Shown here: positions 39,487 through 52,317 of the stretch, piece by piece
How positions within the stretch are numbered: position 1 is the stretch's first letter
How the letters are laid out: each line of letters opens with the position of its first letter
Origin: Candidatus Poribacteria bacterium
Lineage (GTDB): Bacteria; Poribacteria; WGA-4E; WGA-3G
Direction: 5' to 3'
NCBI GenBank assembly: GCA_964291315.2
Contig: OZ219753.1
Span: 3,136,001 to 3,200,000, forward strand
Length of the DNA stretch: 64,000 nucleotides
Notes under the pieces: generated by a model
What the model saw: only the letters and a program-made list of their open reading frames with translations
What the model was told of the DNA's origin: nothing
Databases searched by the model: none
Made by a program: the position numbers and the translations under genes

Positions 39487-41471
39487 ATGCCCAAACACAA
39501 CTTCAATGAGAGACTGACAGCACTCCTCAAAACTGACACTGATTTTATCGACGACGCAGGCGAACTCATCCTCGCCGCTGTCAGAGAACACGCTTGGAGA
39601 CTCGACCACAACCTCATCAGATTACTCATCACCGACACAGAGATTAAGAAAACCTTCTTTCACGAGATCGAAGGACATTGGGTCTTCAATCACAATACCT
39701 TCGTTAACTATATCACCGATAAAAACTTCCTCGCCAATTCCTACACCCGTTTCCGAAATAAAATCGGCTTGAATATCGGCGGCAAATATCTCCGAGAACG
39801 CGGTGAAGTGTCGCTGGTTTGGCCTTACAAAGACTGCGTTCTGGAAGGCGGGCAGACGCGCGAAGAAGAGCAGCGTGCGGAGATATTTTTCAATGAGGTG
39901 CTTGCACAAGATGAGATAGATCGGCTGTTTGATCCGAAGGTTCTGACGAGTTGGCGGCGTTATACGTCTGATATTCTGGTTGACAAAAGCGGGGGGGGGT
40001 ATTTCATGATAAGTATACCGAAGGTGGCGTGGGAGAACTGAAGCGAGATGAGAACGGGGTTATTCGTGAGAACCTCATTATCAAAGGCAACAATCTCATC
40101 GCGCTCCACACGCTCAAGCAGCAATTCCGCGGACAGGTCAAGCTCATCTACATCGACCCGCCGTATAATACCGGAAATGACAGTTTCGGTTACAACGACA
40201 AATTTAACCATTCCAGCTGGCTAACCTTCATGAGAAATCGATTGGATATAGCAAGAGAATTGTTAAGAGAGGACGGTGTCGTTTTTGTACAATGCGATGA
40301 TAATGAGCAGGCCTATCTGAAAGTTTTAATGGACGAAGTTTTTGGCAGTAAAAATTTCGTCTCAAACTCCGTAGTGGTCATAAATAGGGGTGGTCGAGAT
40401 TATGGAGGGATAGCGCGAACGCACGAATACCTTTTGGTATATTCAAAAGAACCACAAACTGAGCTAAATCAGATAGAAGAAAAAGACAAAAAATTTGCTT
40501 ACGAAGATGATCGCGGCGGCTTTAACTTAATGGAATTGAGAAACCGTAATGTTCGATTTAATTCTGAGAATTGCCCAAGTTTATGTTATCCATTTTATGT
40601 CAACCCAGCCGACGTAGATATCAACGGTTTATTGGAGCTCTCATTAGAGAGAAAACCGGGGTTTGTCGAAGTGATGCCGTTAAAATCTCAGGGCGTGCAG
40701 ACCGTCTGGAGGTGGGGTCGGGAAAGAGCCCTTAAGTATCTAAACACTGAAATAAAAGGGAAATCGAGACGGAATGGCGGTTACATGATTGTTCAAAAAT
40801 ATAGGAGTACCTCTAAACGTCAAAGAAGCGTTTGGGACGAGAAAGCGTTTGTAAACCAAAGAGGAACTGCACACATAAAAGCCTTGTTTAACGGAAGCGT
40901 TTTTGATTATCCAAAATCAGAGCATCTAATCGCACGGATTATTGAGCTCGGCAGCAAAGTCGGGGACATTATTTTAGATTTCCAGCTCGGATCCGGGACA
41001 GCTGCCACTGCCGCCCATAAAATGAGGCGGCAGTATATAGGTATTGAGCAGATGGATTATATTACCGAGGTGACTCTGCCGCGACTCAGCAGTGTCATTG
41101 CCGGTGAACAAGGCGGCATCTCTGAATCAGTCAAGTGGCAAGGCGGCGGTGATTTCATCTATTGTGAGCTAACGCCATATAACCAAAGCTATATGGACAA
41201 AATCCAAGCCGCACAAACCTCTGAAGAACTGATCGCCCTCTGGCGAGAGATCGCTGAAAACTCATTTCTGAATTGGTATGTCAACGCCGAAGTGCCCCAA
41301 GAGGCGATAAACGACTTCAAGGCTATCAGGGACGTGCAGAAACAGAAGCATCTATTGGCAGAACTTCTGGATAAAAACCAGCTGTATGTCAATCTCTCGG
41401 AGATAGAAGACGCAGATTTTAGGATTAGCGAGGAAGATAAAACCTTAAACAAGGCGTTTTATGGCGAATAA
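39487..41471 (+). pseudogene. mod: Type III Mod-like adenine methyltransferase split by a frameshift at a G9 tract (39991-39999)
   Basis: ORF1 (V.LVWPYKDCVLEGGQ..EIFFNEVLA) and ORF2 (NLIIKGNNL, IDPPYNTG, YPKSE, LDFQLGSGT) fuse into 661 aa with one extra G. Confidence 0.85.
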
Positions 41472-41581
41472 AAAATTTCACGGCGGGCAAAAGACGATAG
41501 GAAGCACAGGGATCTATCCGTTGTGAGTATCACCGTAGCAGTATTGACAATATTTATGCCCCTGCTCGTTGTTCCTAAAAT

Positions 41582-41610
41582 TTGATTTAAAAGTCAGTTT
41601 TTGATATAAT
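41582..41610 (+). promoter_or_regulatory. sigma70-type promoter
   Basis: TTGATT-17-TATAAT. Confidence 0.6.
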
Positions 41611-41661
41611 ACGGTTTTAAAGTAAACACTTCTAATTGCAACGCGAAAGGAGATTCCGGTC

Positions 41662-42540
41662 ATGCGAGAATTTGGGTATATTGACGCGAAAACTGTATCG
41701 GAAGCTGTTACCCTACTCGATAAGAAAGGGCAGACTGCGCGGATTTTAGCCGGCGGTACCGATCTTATCGTCCAAGTGAGAGAAGCACAGAGAGATGTTG
41801 ACTGGATGATCGATATCAAATCCATCCCTGAGGTCAACGTATTAGATTATAATGCGGATGCTGGTTTAACGCTCGGTGCTGCCGTGGAATGTTATAAGAT
41901 TTATGCTGTTGACGAGATCTGTGATGCCTATCCATGTTTAGTTGATGCTGCCAAAATTATTGGGGGCACTGCAATTCAAGGACGCGCGGGGGTTGGTGGT
42001 AATTTGTGTAACGCCTCACCTGCGGCAGATACCATACCGCCTCTAATTGTGTTAAATGCCATTTGTGTCATCGCCGGCCCAAACGGTGAACGCCAGCTGC
42101 CAGTTGAACAATTCTGTACCGGCCCTGGGCAGACTGCGTTAGAAACGGGGGAGATACTTGTATCCTTAAAGATACCGGCACCTGCCAGCAATTCAAGCTC
42201 CTACTATCTCCGGTTCATTCCACGCAACGAGATGGATATCGCTGTTGTCGGTGCAGGTGCTTCTGTGAGGCTTGACGATGCTAAACAGTCCATTGTCTCT
42301 GCTCGGATCGCGCTCGGTGCTGTTGCACCAACGCCGCTGTTTGCAGAAGAGGCGAGTGGGCTACTCGCGGGGCGTGAAGTCTCTAATACCGCGATTGACG
42401 AAGCCGCAGCGGCTGCGCAAGCGATCGCCCGCCCGATTAGCGATATGCGTGGAACGGCAGAGCAGCGGACACACCTTGTTGGTGTACTGACGCGGCGCGC
42501 CCTCAATGGTGCAATCCAGAGAATCCGTGACGCAGCATAA
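41662..42540 (+). CDS. Xanthine dehydrogenase-family FAD subunit
   Basis: LAGGTDL, GGNLCNASPAAD. Confidence 0.93.
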   Translation: MREFGYIDAKTVSEAVTLLDKKGQTARILAGGTDLIVQVREAQRDVDWMIDIKSIPEVNVLDYNADAGLTLGAAVECYKIYAVDEICDAYPCLVDAAKIIGGTAIQGRAGVGGNLCNASPAADTIPPLIVLNAICVIAGPNGERQLPVEQFCTGPGQTALETGEILVSLKIPAPASNSSSYYLRFIPRNEMDIAVVGAGASVRLDDAKQSIVSARIALGAVAPTPLFAEEASGLLAGREVSNTAIDEAAAAAQAIARPISDMRGTAEQRTHLVGVLTRRALNGAIQRIRDAA

Positions 42541-42634
42541 ACATTCTTGTTTTACCTGCATCGGTTGATTAACGTTTCTCTATCGGAAGGACACACCCTT
42601 CCTTCTTCACTCAATGCAAAAGGAACTCATAACT

Positions 42635-43105
42635 ATGGCGAGAAAATCGCACGTTCAAACCGCTATTAATGGTGAAACGGTGGAATTTCTATGTGAGCCC
42701 CGGCAGAGTTTGCTGGAAATTCTCAGAGATGAACTCCACCTTACTGGTGCTAAAGAGGGATGCAACAACGGAAATTGTGGTGCCTGTTGTGTCATTCTCG
42801 ATGGCAGACTCGTCAATTCATGCTTGGTCTTGGGGGTCGAGACTGAAGGCAAATCCGTTGAAACGATCGAAGGACTTGCTGAACCCGAAAAATTGCACCC
42901 CATTCAGGAAGCTTTCCTCGAAAACGCAGCGCTTCAATGCGGTATCTGTACTCCGGGCTTTATCATGAGTGCGAAAGCACTTCTTGATAAAACCCCAAAC
43001 CCGACTGAACACGAAATTCGATACTGGTTGGCCGGAAATTTATGTCGCTGTACCGGTTACGATAAAATTGTTCGAGCTGTGCTCGACGCAGCCGCAGCTA
43101 TGTGA
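42635..43105 (+). CDS. Xanthine dehydrogenase-family 2Fe-2S subunit
   Basis: [27 protein letters not shown]. Confidence 0.95.
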   Translation: MARKSHVQTAINGETVEFLCEPRQSLLEILRDELHLTGAKEGCNNGNCGACCVILDGRLVNSCLVLGVETEGKSVETIEGLAEPEKLHPIQEAFLENAALQCGICTPGFIMSAKALLDKTPNPTEHEIRYWLAGNLCRCTGYDKIVRAVLDAAAAM

Positions 43106-43135
43106 AAGGAGCGTCTCTCGACGAAAAAATAGAAA

Positions 43136-45391
43136 ATGGCTGATAACAAAGAATACAAAGTTGTTGGAACCCGACCTATCCGCCATGACGGCGTTGACAA
43201 GGTCACCGGCCGGGCTCTTTACGGGGCAGATTTTCAGATCACAGGACTCCTTCACGGCAGGGTGCTTCGGAGTCCACATGCCCACGCCCGAATCCTCTCA
43301 ATTGACACGAGTCGTGCCGAAGCTCTTCCGGGAGTCAAAGGGGCAGTCACTGCACAAGACTTGCCTACCGCTGAGGACAGAGTCGCAGACCTCGGTGAGG
43401 GAGCTGTCAATCTCAAATATCTCTGCGATAACATTTTAGCGAACGACAAGGTGCTGTACAAAGGACACGCAGTTGCTGCAGTTGCTGCGACGGACCCGCA
43501 CATTGCAGAAGAGGCATGCAAACTGATTGATGTTGAATATGAGGTGCTGCCCCCTGTGCTAGAGGTGCGTCATGCTATGGAGTCGGATGCGCCTCTCCTG
43601 CACGAGAATCTGAAAACTACTTCACTGGGTGAAACTGCTGAGGAACCGAGCAACATTGCAAGTCACATCCAACATAAAAAGGGCGATACTGAGAAAGGGT
43701 TCGCGGAAGCAGATGTCGTCATTGAACGGGACTTCGTTACAGGCACTGTCCACCAAGGCTACATTGAACCGCACAATGCCACGGCACATTTCAACCAAGA
43801 CGGTCAGCTGACCATTTGGTGTAGCACACAAGGGGCGTTTACTGTTCGTGAGCAGGTTGCTGAGATCCTCCACTATCCGATTTCTAAAATTAAGGTTGTC
43901 CCGATGGAGATCGGGGGAGGCTTTGGTGGCAAAATCAGCGTCTACATTAAACCGGTGGCAGCACTGTTAGCAAAGAAAACAGGCAAGCCGGTCAAGGTCT
44001 TGATGAGCCGCACGGATGTGTTTGAAGGTACAGGACCGACCCCGGCCTCTTACATCCGCGTCAAGATGGGGGCTACTAAGGACGGTAAGCTAACTGCGGC
44101 TGAGGCGTATCTCGCTTTTGAAGCGGGAGCTTATCCCGGCTCCCCGGTTGGCCCCGGGGCCATGTGTATCTTTGCACCTTACAACATTGAAAACGTCCTC
44201 ATTGACGGTTACGATGTTGTTGTGAACAAACCGAAAACCGCTCCGTATCGCGCACCGGGGGCAACAAACGCAGCTTTCGGTTCAGAGACAGTGCTTGACG
44301 AGATCGCCGAAAAGCTGGGCATAGATCCTCTTGAAATCCGGTTAATCAACGGTGCGAAAGAGGGGGATCGTCGTGCAGACGGTCCGGTTTACCCACGCAT
44401 CGGCTTCATTGAGTCAGTTGAGGCCGCGAAACAGCATCCACACTATGGCTCACCGAACGGGAAAAAGCACCACGGGCGTGGCGTTGCTTCTGGCTTCTGG
44501 TTTAACATCGGCTTGGAGTCGAGCGTGACGATTAATGTTAACGCCGATGGCACAATTAATCTCATTGAGGGGTCAACAGACATCGGCGGCACGCGCGCTT
44601 CCATCGCCATGCAAGCGGCAGAGGTTCTTGGTATCCCCGCGGAATCGGTGAACCCGAGCGTCGTTGACACCAATTCTGTGGGTTATACTGCTGTAACAGG
44701 TGGCAGCCGCACAACGTTCGCAACGGGGTACGCAGCGTATGAAGCAGCACAAGATGTTAAGAGACAGATGATCGATCGCGCCGCGAAACTCTGGGAGGTG
44801 GACGCATCCAAGGTCCAGTTTGCAGAGGGCGTATTTTCATCCATTAACGGCAAAGAGGAACAGATAAGTTTCCGTGACCTCTGCGCGCGTCTCGGTGAAA
44901 CCGGGGGTCCAATTGTCGGCAGCGGAACCGTAAATCCTGGGGGCGCTGGCGGTGCCTTCGCAACCCACGTTGTAGATGTGGCAGTAGACGAAGAGACCGG
45001 CAAGGTTGAAATTTTGCGCTACACCGCAACACAGGATGCAGGAAAAGCCATTCATCCGAGTTACGTTGAGGGGCAAATCCAAGGCGGTGTTGTTCAAGGC
45101 ATTGGCTGGGCATTGAATGAAGAATATATCTACAACGCCGAGGGTACGATGACAAACGCCAGCTTCCTTGACTATCGGATGCCAACCTGTTTGGACTTAC
45201 CTATGATTGATGCTGTCATTGTTGAGGTGCCGAATCCCGGGCATCCGTATGGTGTGCGTGGTGTCGGCGAAGTGCCGATCGTGCCACCGCCTGCTGCTAT
45301 CGCCAACGCTATCTACGATGCAATCGGCATTCGAATGACAGAGCTCCCGATGTCGCCAGATCGGCTTCTGAAAGCCATGGGCAAAATCTAA
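43136..45391 (+). CDS. Xanthine dehydrogenase-family molybdopterin subunit
   Basis: RSPHAHA, GGGFGGK, YRAPG, GQIQGG, GVGE. Confidence 0.95.
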   Translation: MADNKEYKVVGTRPIRHDGVDKVTGRALYGADFQITGLLHGRVLRSPHAHARILSIDTSRAEALPGVKGAVTAQDLPTAEDRVADLGEGAVNLKYLCDNILANDKVLYKGHAVAAVAATDPHIAEEACKLIDVEYEVLPPVLEVRHAMESDAPLLHENLKTTSLGETAEEPSNIASHIQHKKGDTEKGFAEADVVIERDFVTGTVHQGYIEPHNATAHFNQDGQLTIWCSTQGAFTVREQVAEILHYPISKIKVVPMEIGGGFGGKISVYIKPVAALLAKKTGKPVKVLMSRTDVFEGTGPTPASYIRVKMGATKDGKLTAAEAYLAFEAGAYPGSPVGPGAMCIFAPYNIENVLIDGYDVVVNKPKTAPYRAPGATNAAFGSETVLDEIAEKLGIDPLEIRLINGAKEGDRRADGPVYPRIGFIESVEAAKQHPHYGSPNGKKHHGRGVASGFWFNIGLESSVTINVNADGTINLIEGSTDIGGTRASIAMQAAEVLGIPAESVNPSVVDTNSVGYTAVTGGSRTTFATGYAAYEAAQDVKRQMIDRAAKLWEVDASKVQFAEGVFSSINGKEEQISFRDLCARLGETGGPIVGSGTVNPGGAGGAFATHVVDVAVDEETGKVEILRYTATQDAGKAIHPSYVEGQIQGGVVQGIGWALNEEYIYNAEGTMTNASFLDYRMPTCLDLPMIDAVIVEVPNPGHPYGVRGVGEVPIVPPPAAIANAIYDAIGIRMTELPMSPDRLLKAMGKI

Positions 45392-45756
45392 TTTACTCTC
45401 AATGCTACCGGGGTGGGGCCCGCCGCCTACCCCTACAAGTCAACCGAGTTGATAAAAACAGACAAACATCCGAAGTATGCCAACCGTTGCCATTCCCGCT
45501 CTCATGCGTAATCTTACAGACGGTGAAGAGAGCGTCTTGGTCTCTGGGACTACTGTCCGTGAAGCGATTGATAGCTTAGAAAGTCGCTACCCGGGTATCA
45601 AAGTTCGCTTGTGTGAAGGGGACCGTCTTAAACCCGGTATTGCCGTCTATATCGACGGTCTTCTCACCCGAGGGTCTCTCCGCGAACCGGTTAATGCGGA
45701 TGCGGAGATCCATTTCCTTCCTGCCATCAGCGGCGGCGCTGCCGAATCAACCTGTT
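45334..45756 (+). repeat. Direct repeat R1, copy a
   Basis: Nearly identical to 47589-48015. Confidence 0.95.
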
Positions 45757-45758
45757 AA
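45477..45758 (+). CDS. MoaD/ThiS-family protein, copy a
   Basis: Ubiquitin-like size; PAISGG followed by a short tail. Confidence 0.88.
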   Translation: MPTVAIPALMRNLTDGEESVLVSGTTVREAIDSLESRYPGIKVRLCEGDRLKPGIAVYIDGLLTRGSLREPVNADAEIHFLPAISGGAAESTC

Positions 45759-45839
45759 GATTGGTTATATGTAATCAGGCAAAAGATGGCGAATAGTCAA
45801 AAAAGTATCCCCACTATAATTCCAATCCTGATGACGAGT

Positions 45840-46323
45840 TGATGGAGTCCTCTTGGCAGCAATTTGATCTTATCGGTGCCTCGCTGACCTTCTACGGATA
45901 ACGGATGATGTGAGTACGTGCGGGCACCGCGTTGGTGGTCGGCTTCCTGTTTCTATCCCCAGCTTCCGGCCCGTCCGAAACAACGCAACGGGACACGTCG
46001 AGATTACCGGGATAACGCAGTCTGAACTCAATAACGCGGGGTTCAATATCCTACGGAGTAAGAGCAAGGCCTGCAAGTTCCCAGCGATTAACACAAAAGG
46101 GCTAATTGCTGGCCACGGCACGACACCCGAGAAGCATGTCTATACCTACACAGATACCACTGCGAAACCCATGGTCTATTACTACCAGATAGAAGCCATT
46201 TCTATGGACGGGGTGCGCACGATGTTACGGACGACGCATCTGCGTGGAAATGTCTCTGTGAGTGGTAACCTCACAACGTGTTGGGGTGAGCTGAAATCGC
46301 CAAATAGCAGACATAGCAGTTAG
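45840..46323 (+). pseudogene. 5'-truncated, degraded C-terminal fragment of a large secreted protein
   Basis: LPVS...ELNNAGFNILRS...GHGTT...YYYQIE...NLTTCWGELK with no signal peptide or RBS; start approximate. Confidence 0.65.
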
Positions 46324-46547
46324 ACAACAAACTAACCTTACAAATCAATTAACCGAACGTAGAGGGCGGAACTCATGTTTCACTCCCCAACGTTTTTTAA
46401 CCACAGTCGCTGCCTGTTTTCTTTTCGGTGATCGAAAAAAAGCTAAACTTTTTGGACCGAAACGTATATATATAAATAATAAGGCGAAACATCACCGGAC
46501 GTGAAAGTATCCGGGAGTTTTGCACTACAAGAGGAAGGAGAAAACAA

Positions 46548-46865
46548 ATGAAAACGTCTTTGTTTCAAATGCTTGTGATTCTTAGCTTCCTTACCGTAGG
46601 TTTCATGACCGTTACGTCGTTTTTTCAAGAGAGTGGGGCAGATCCAAGCGAGGTTATACATGAGAGACACGAATATTGGAGGCGGTGTATAAACCTACCA
46701 AGTTCACCACAACTCCTGTTTATTCAGAATAAGGTCTATGCGAATGGGTGGCATGAAGGGGATCACTGGAGCAGCGGTGGAAACGACTCTGTGCCGCGCC
46801 ATCTTGTATCCATAATACGCAGAACGGTTTACCATCTCCGTTGGGTACGGTGTGAGGTCGCCTAA
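46548..46865 (+). CDS. Small secreted His/Cys/aromatic-rich protein
   Basis: AAGGAG RBS; signal peptide; 105 aa. Confidence 0.7.
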   Translation: MKTSLFQMLVILSFLTVGFMTVTSFFQESGADPSEVIHERHEYWRRCINLPSSPQLLFIQNKVYANGWHEGDHWSSGGNDSVPRHLVSIIRRTVYHLRWVRCEVA

Positions 46866-46882
46866 ACCTTACCTTTTCTTTT

Positions 46883-46919
46883 TATAGGTAGGACTTGCCA
46901 GAGACAAGTTCTACCTATA
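46883..46919. other. Intergenic hairpin between small protein and partner
   Basis: tataggtaggacttg / caagttctacctata. Confidence 0.65.
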
Positions 46920-46951
46920 TCTAATCTTTAAAATAGGAGGTATTCTTAGAA

Positions 46952-47593
46952 ATGAAACGAGTTTTTTTCACTGCCGGCGCTCTAATTTTTTTAGGCATCG
47001 CTTGGACGTTATTTCTCCGGTGGGATAGGATCCGTTTTGTGGAAAGCCTACCCAAAGCGCCCGTTCGCACTGATATCCAACACGCCACAGAACAGACTCC
47101 TCAAGATCTCATTGCTGAAGACAAAAGCAGCGATGCGCTTAGAGTCCAGAGAACACAAGATGAGTCTGCCCATATAGATGAGGAAACGCCTATAGACACA
47201 ACGGACAGGCCCTTGCATCACAATGAGACTCATTCGTACCGCCCCGAACTCACTTTTCGCCATGAGTCTGAACAAGGCATTGAAACTCTCAAACCAGAGA
47301 ATAAATCCCCAATTTTTGCTCCGGATCTCTCCGCAGAGGAACTCATAGAGATGGACCGTCAGAGCTTCGTAGAAAAATACGGTAATATTCCTGAGATAGA
47401 CATATTTTTCAAATATATGTCTCCTGTTTATGAAGCGTGGGCAGCTGGGGAAAGTCAGTTTACCGTTGACAGAACCAACGAAAAAATACTTGAGTTGAGC
47501 CGCGCACAGATGGTTTTGTATCCGGATAAGCCTTATTTTAGAAAGGAATACGAACGCGCGCTAAAAATATTGAAGGAGCAAGAACAACAATGA
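46952..47593 (+). CDS. N-anchored exported protein (GDIPE-type family)
   Basis: GGAGG RBS; N-terminal TM; ELIEMDRQSFVEKYGNIPEI. Confidence 0.75.
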   Translation: MKRVFFTAGALIFLGIAWTLFLRWDRIRFVESLPKAPVRTDIQHATEQTPQDLIAEDKSSDALRVQRTQDESAHIDEETPIDTTDRPLHHNETHSYRPELTFRHESEQGIETLKPENKSPIFAPDLSAEELIEMDRQSFVEKYGNIPEIDIFFKYMSPVYEAWAAGESQFTVDRTNEKILELSRAQMVLYPDKPYFRKEYERALKILKEQEQQ

Positions 47594-48015
47594 CAGAGCT
47601 CCCGATGTCGCCAGATCGGCTTCTGAAAGCCATGGGCAAAATCTAATTTACTCTCAATGCCACCGGGGTGGGGCCCGCCGCCTACCCCTACAAGTCAACC
47701 GAGTTGAAAAAAACAGACAAACATCCATCCACAGTATGCCAACCATTGCCATTCCCGCTCTCATACGTAATCTTACAAACGGTGAAGAGAGCGTCTTGGT
47801 CTCTGGGACTACTGTCCGTGAAGCGATTGATAGCTTAGAAAGTCGCTACCCGGGTATCAAAGTTCGCTTGTGTGAAGGGGACCGTCTTAAACCCGGTATT
47901 GCCGTCTATATCGACGGTCTTCTCACCCGAGGGTCTCTCCGCGAACCGGTTAATGCGGATGCGGAGATCCATTTCCTTCCTGCCATCAGCGGCGGCGCTG
48001 CCGAATCAACGTGTT
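47589..48015 (+). repeat. Direct repeat R1, copy b
   Basis: Last about 58 nt of the Mo-subunit gene + intergenic + moaD-like gene repeated. Confidence 0.95.
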
Positions 48016-48023
48016 GGAATTAG
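47736..48023 (+). CDS. MoaD/ThiS-family protein, copy b
   Basis: Three substitutions vs copy a (V4I, M10I, D15N) and a 2-aa longer end. Confidence 0.88.
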   Translation: MPTIAIPALIRNLTNGEESVLVSGTTVREAIDSLESRYPGIKVRLCEGDRLKPGIAVYIDGLLTRGSLREPVNADAEIHFLPAISGGAAESTCWN

Positions 48024-48191
48024 TTTTAGGTATCGATGCAAAAAGCGCGCGTATGATCGGCGATTCTGCTTAAAAATGCAGGTAAAACCCCTAAAATTTC
48101 CTGATCACAGCTTTTCTTCGTAAAAAAAACGAATAAATTTGAAAAAAAATGGTTTTAAGGGCAGAATTATGCATTTTTTTGACAAATTAAT

Positions 48192-48274
48192 TTGACAAAC
48201 GCTTTTTGAAGGTGTATAATTAACATTACCTTTCAATAGGAAAGGTGGTTTTGTTCTTTGAAAGTTAAATAGTG
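48192..48274 (+). promoter_or_regulatory. rRNA promoter, boxA-like element and 5' processing-stem strand
   Basis: TTGACA-17-TATAAT (48192-48220); tgttctttgaaagttaaatagtg pairs with cactatctaactttcaaaaaca at about 49967-49988. Confidence 0.85.
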
Positions 48275-48338
48275 AACGTGACGTGCCTATTAAATAGCTT
48301 GTGAGTGCACTTCCATTGAGAAGATGTACTTCAATACT

Positions 48339-49997
<1,659 letters not shown>

Positions 49998-50073
49998 AAC
50001 AAATGTTCTAACACATCCTACCTTGCTACAACTTATCTTGCAAAGAACCTCCAATTAGAGGAGATCAATCAAC

Positions 50074-50847
50074 ATGTGGAAAGATGTTCTCTTCAACAAA
50101 CGTTTTTTTACTGGCCTCGTTTTTCTCACGCTTCTTATTGTAGGCAGCATCATCTGGTATGAAAGTGAAATACGCAAATTACGAAAGAGCGAGGCAAAAA
50201 CTCAGGTATTTCTCGACGCTTTAAAGAAAGACACCCTAGCTACCAAAGATGGTGAAGAGAATCCGGACTTGGCCATTTCACAGTCGGAAACCACAACAGC
50301 ACCTCTGGTGGTTGAAGAAAATGAAATGCAGACATTACAACAAGAGAATTTTATCAGGGACGATCAAAGTATGGAGACTGCGGAGCCCCTGAGAAACAGT
50401 AAGACTGGTGACATAATAGGTGAATCAAATTTAATAAATGACTTTCCAGAAGTTCCTGAAGGGTTTCCATCCGACCTTATTCCGGTTTGGGTTCACCTCC
50501 CGAATTATCAAAAAGGTGATATGTACGGACATGAACTGATGTATCGGGTTTTGATAAAACTCTGGAATCAGGGCGATCACGATTTTGTAAACGGCATCTA
50601 TAGCCACAATAATGGCCGCGTCTACCCACTCTGTAATGATGTGCTGTATGTTGAATGGGACGATGAGGTTGTTAATGGTAAAACTATTAGGTTTCCAGTT
50701 GCTACGACTGGAGCAATGGAATATCCCTTTACAATTGAGGAACAGATCACAGGAAGTTACTTAACGAAATATCCCGGCCTCAAGTTTGTTGATTGGCATC
50801 AGGCGGGATATGACCCTGAAACTTTTCTGAGTGCTGATGAAAAATAG
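50074..50847 (+). CDS. N-anchored exported hypothetical protein
   Basis: GAGGAG RBS; TM; FPEVPEGFP...ELMYRVLIKLWNQG. Confidence 0.8.
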   Translation: MWKDVLFNKRFFTGLVFLTLLIVGSIIWYESEIRKLRKSEAKTQVFLDALKKDTLATKDGEENPDLAISQSETTTAPLVVEENEMQTLQQENFIRDDQSMETAEPLRNSKTGDIIGESNLINDFPEVPEGFPSDLIPVWVHLPNYQKGDMYGHELMYRVLIKLWNQGDHDFVNGIYSHNNGRVYPLCNDVLYVEWDDEVVNGKTIRFPVATTGAMEYPFTIEEQITGSYLTKYPGLKFVDWHQAGYDPETFLSADEK

Positions 50848-50929
50848 TAGACACTGTGTCAAAAAGGTTATCCGACTTTTTTTGCAATTGATACGATCAC
50901 TGTCATGTTCAGTGCAACAGGGGAAAATT

Positions 50930-51036
50930 ATGATACGGAAACCTAGCTTCTCGGTTACATTATCAGTATTGCTGCTCACATTTTCTGTCACAGTTAGGTT
51001 AGGGGCATATGGTGTTTTTACCACTGCACATCGAAA

Positions 51037-51055
<19 letters not shown>
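50930..51055 (+). pseudogene. Signal-peptide gene stub fused to the 16S fragment
   Basis: MIRKPSFSVTLSVLLLTFSV...AHRN runs into rRNA sequence at 51037. Confidence 0.5.
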
Positions 51056-51842
<787 letters not shown>

Positions 51843-51904
51843 TCGGAACCTAGCTTCACAGACAGTAAACACTTTGTCTACACCCCTTAGGAAAAGGAGA
51901 AAGA

Positions 51905-52261
51905 TTGATGTTTTTCTTCACTCGTATGATGGTTATCCTCTATATGTTGAGTATCATATCATTTGCTTGGATACCGCATGCAGAAGCCGGCTGGGGCGTC
52001 GAGATCGTTACAGATATACATTCGCCGTGTTATGCATCCCACCCCGGGTATGGTAGCTACTATTGCGGCACTAAAACCAATACACGCTATGAGTATGAAA
52101 GTCCACCTGAGCCACCAGCTCATTATTGGTATTATCTTGATCGATATAATAGGCAAATTCCTGTACACGTTGAGCATCCACGAGAACGGCGAAATAAACG
52201 ATTAGTCATTTTTCGGAAAGAAAGCACTTGCATGGAATGCGATTTCGGTGTTGTCTATTAA
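51905..52261 (+). CDS. Small secreted Tyr/His/Cys-rich protein
   Basis: AAGGAG RBS; signal peptide ending AEA; four Cys. Confidence 0.7.
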   Translation: MMFFFTRMMVILYMLSIISFAWIPHAEAGWGVEIVTDIHSPCYASHPGYGSYYCGTKTNTRYEYESPPEPPAHYWYYLDRYNRQIPVHVEHPRERRNKRLVIFRKESTCMECDFGVVY

Positions 52262-52270
52262 CATTTGACT

Positions 52271-52299
52271 CGTGCGGATAGAAGATTTCTATCCGCACG
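52271..52299. other. Perfect 13-bp hairpin between small protein and partner
   Basis: cgtgcggatagaa-gat-ttctatccgcacg. Confidence 0.8.
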
Positions 52300-52317
52300 T
52301 ACTCGATTGGAGTTTTT

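Noticed and set aside
39980-40010. TTGACA...CATGAT promoter spanning the G9 tract
   Set aside because: 19-bp spacing and a weak -10; too speculative without TSS data.
41662-45391. Aerobic CO dehydrogenase call
   Set aside because: The active-site loop is YRAPG, not the form I AYxCSFR; substrate unknown.
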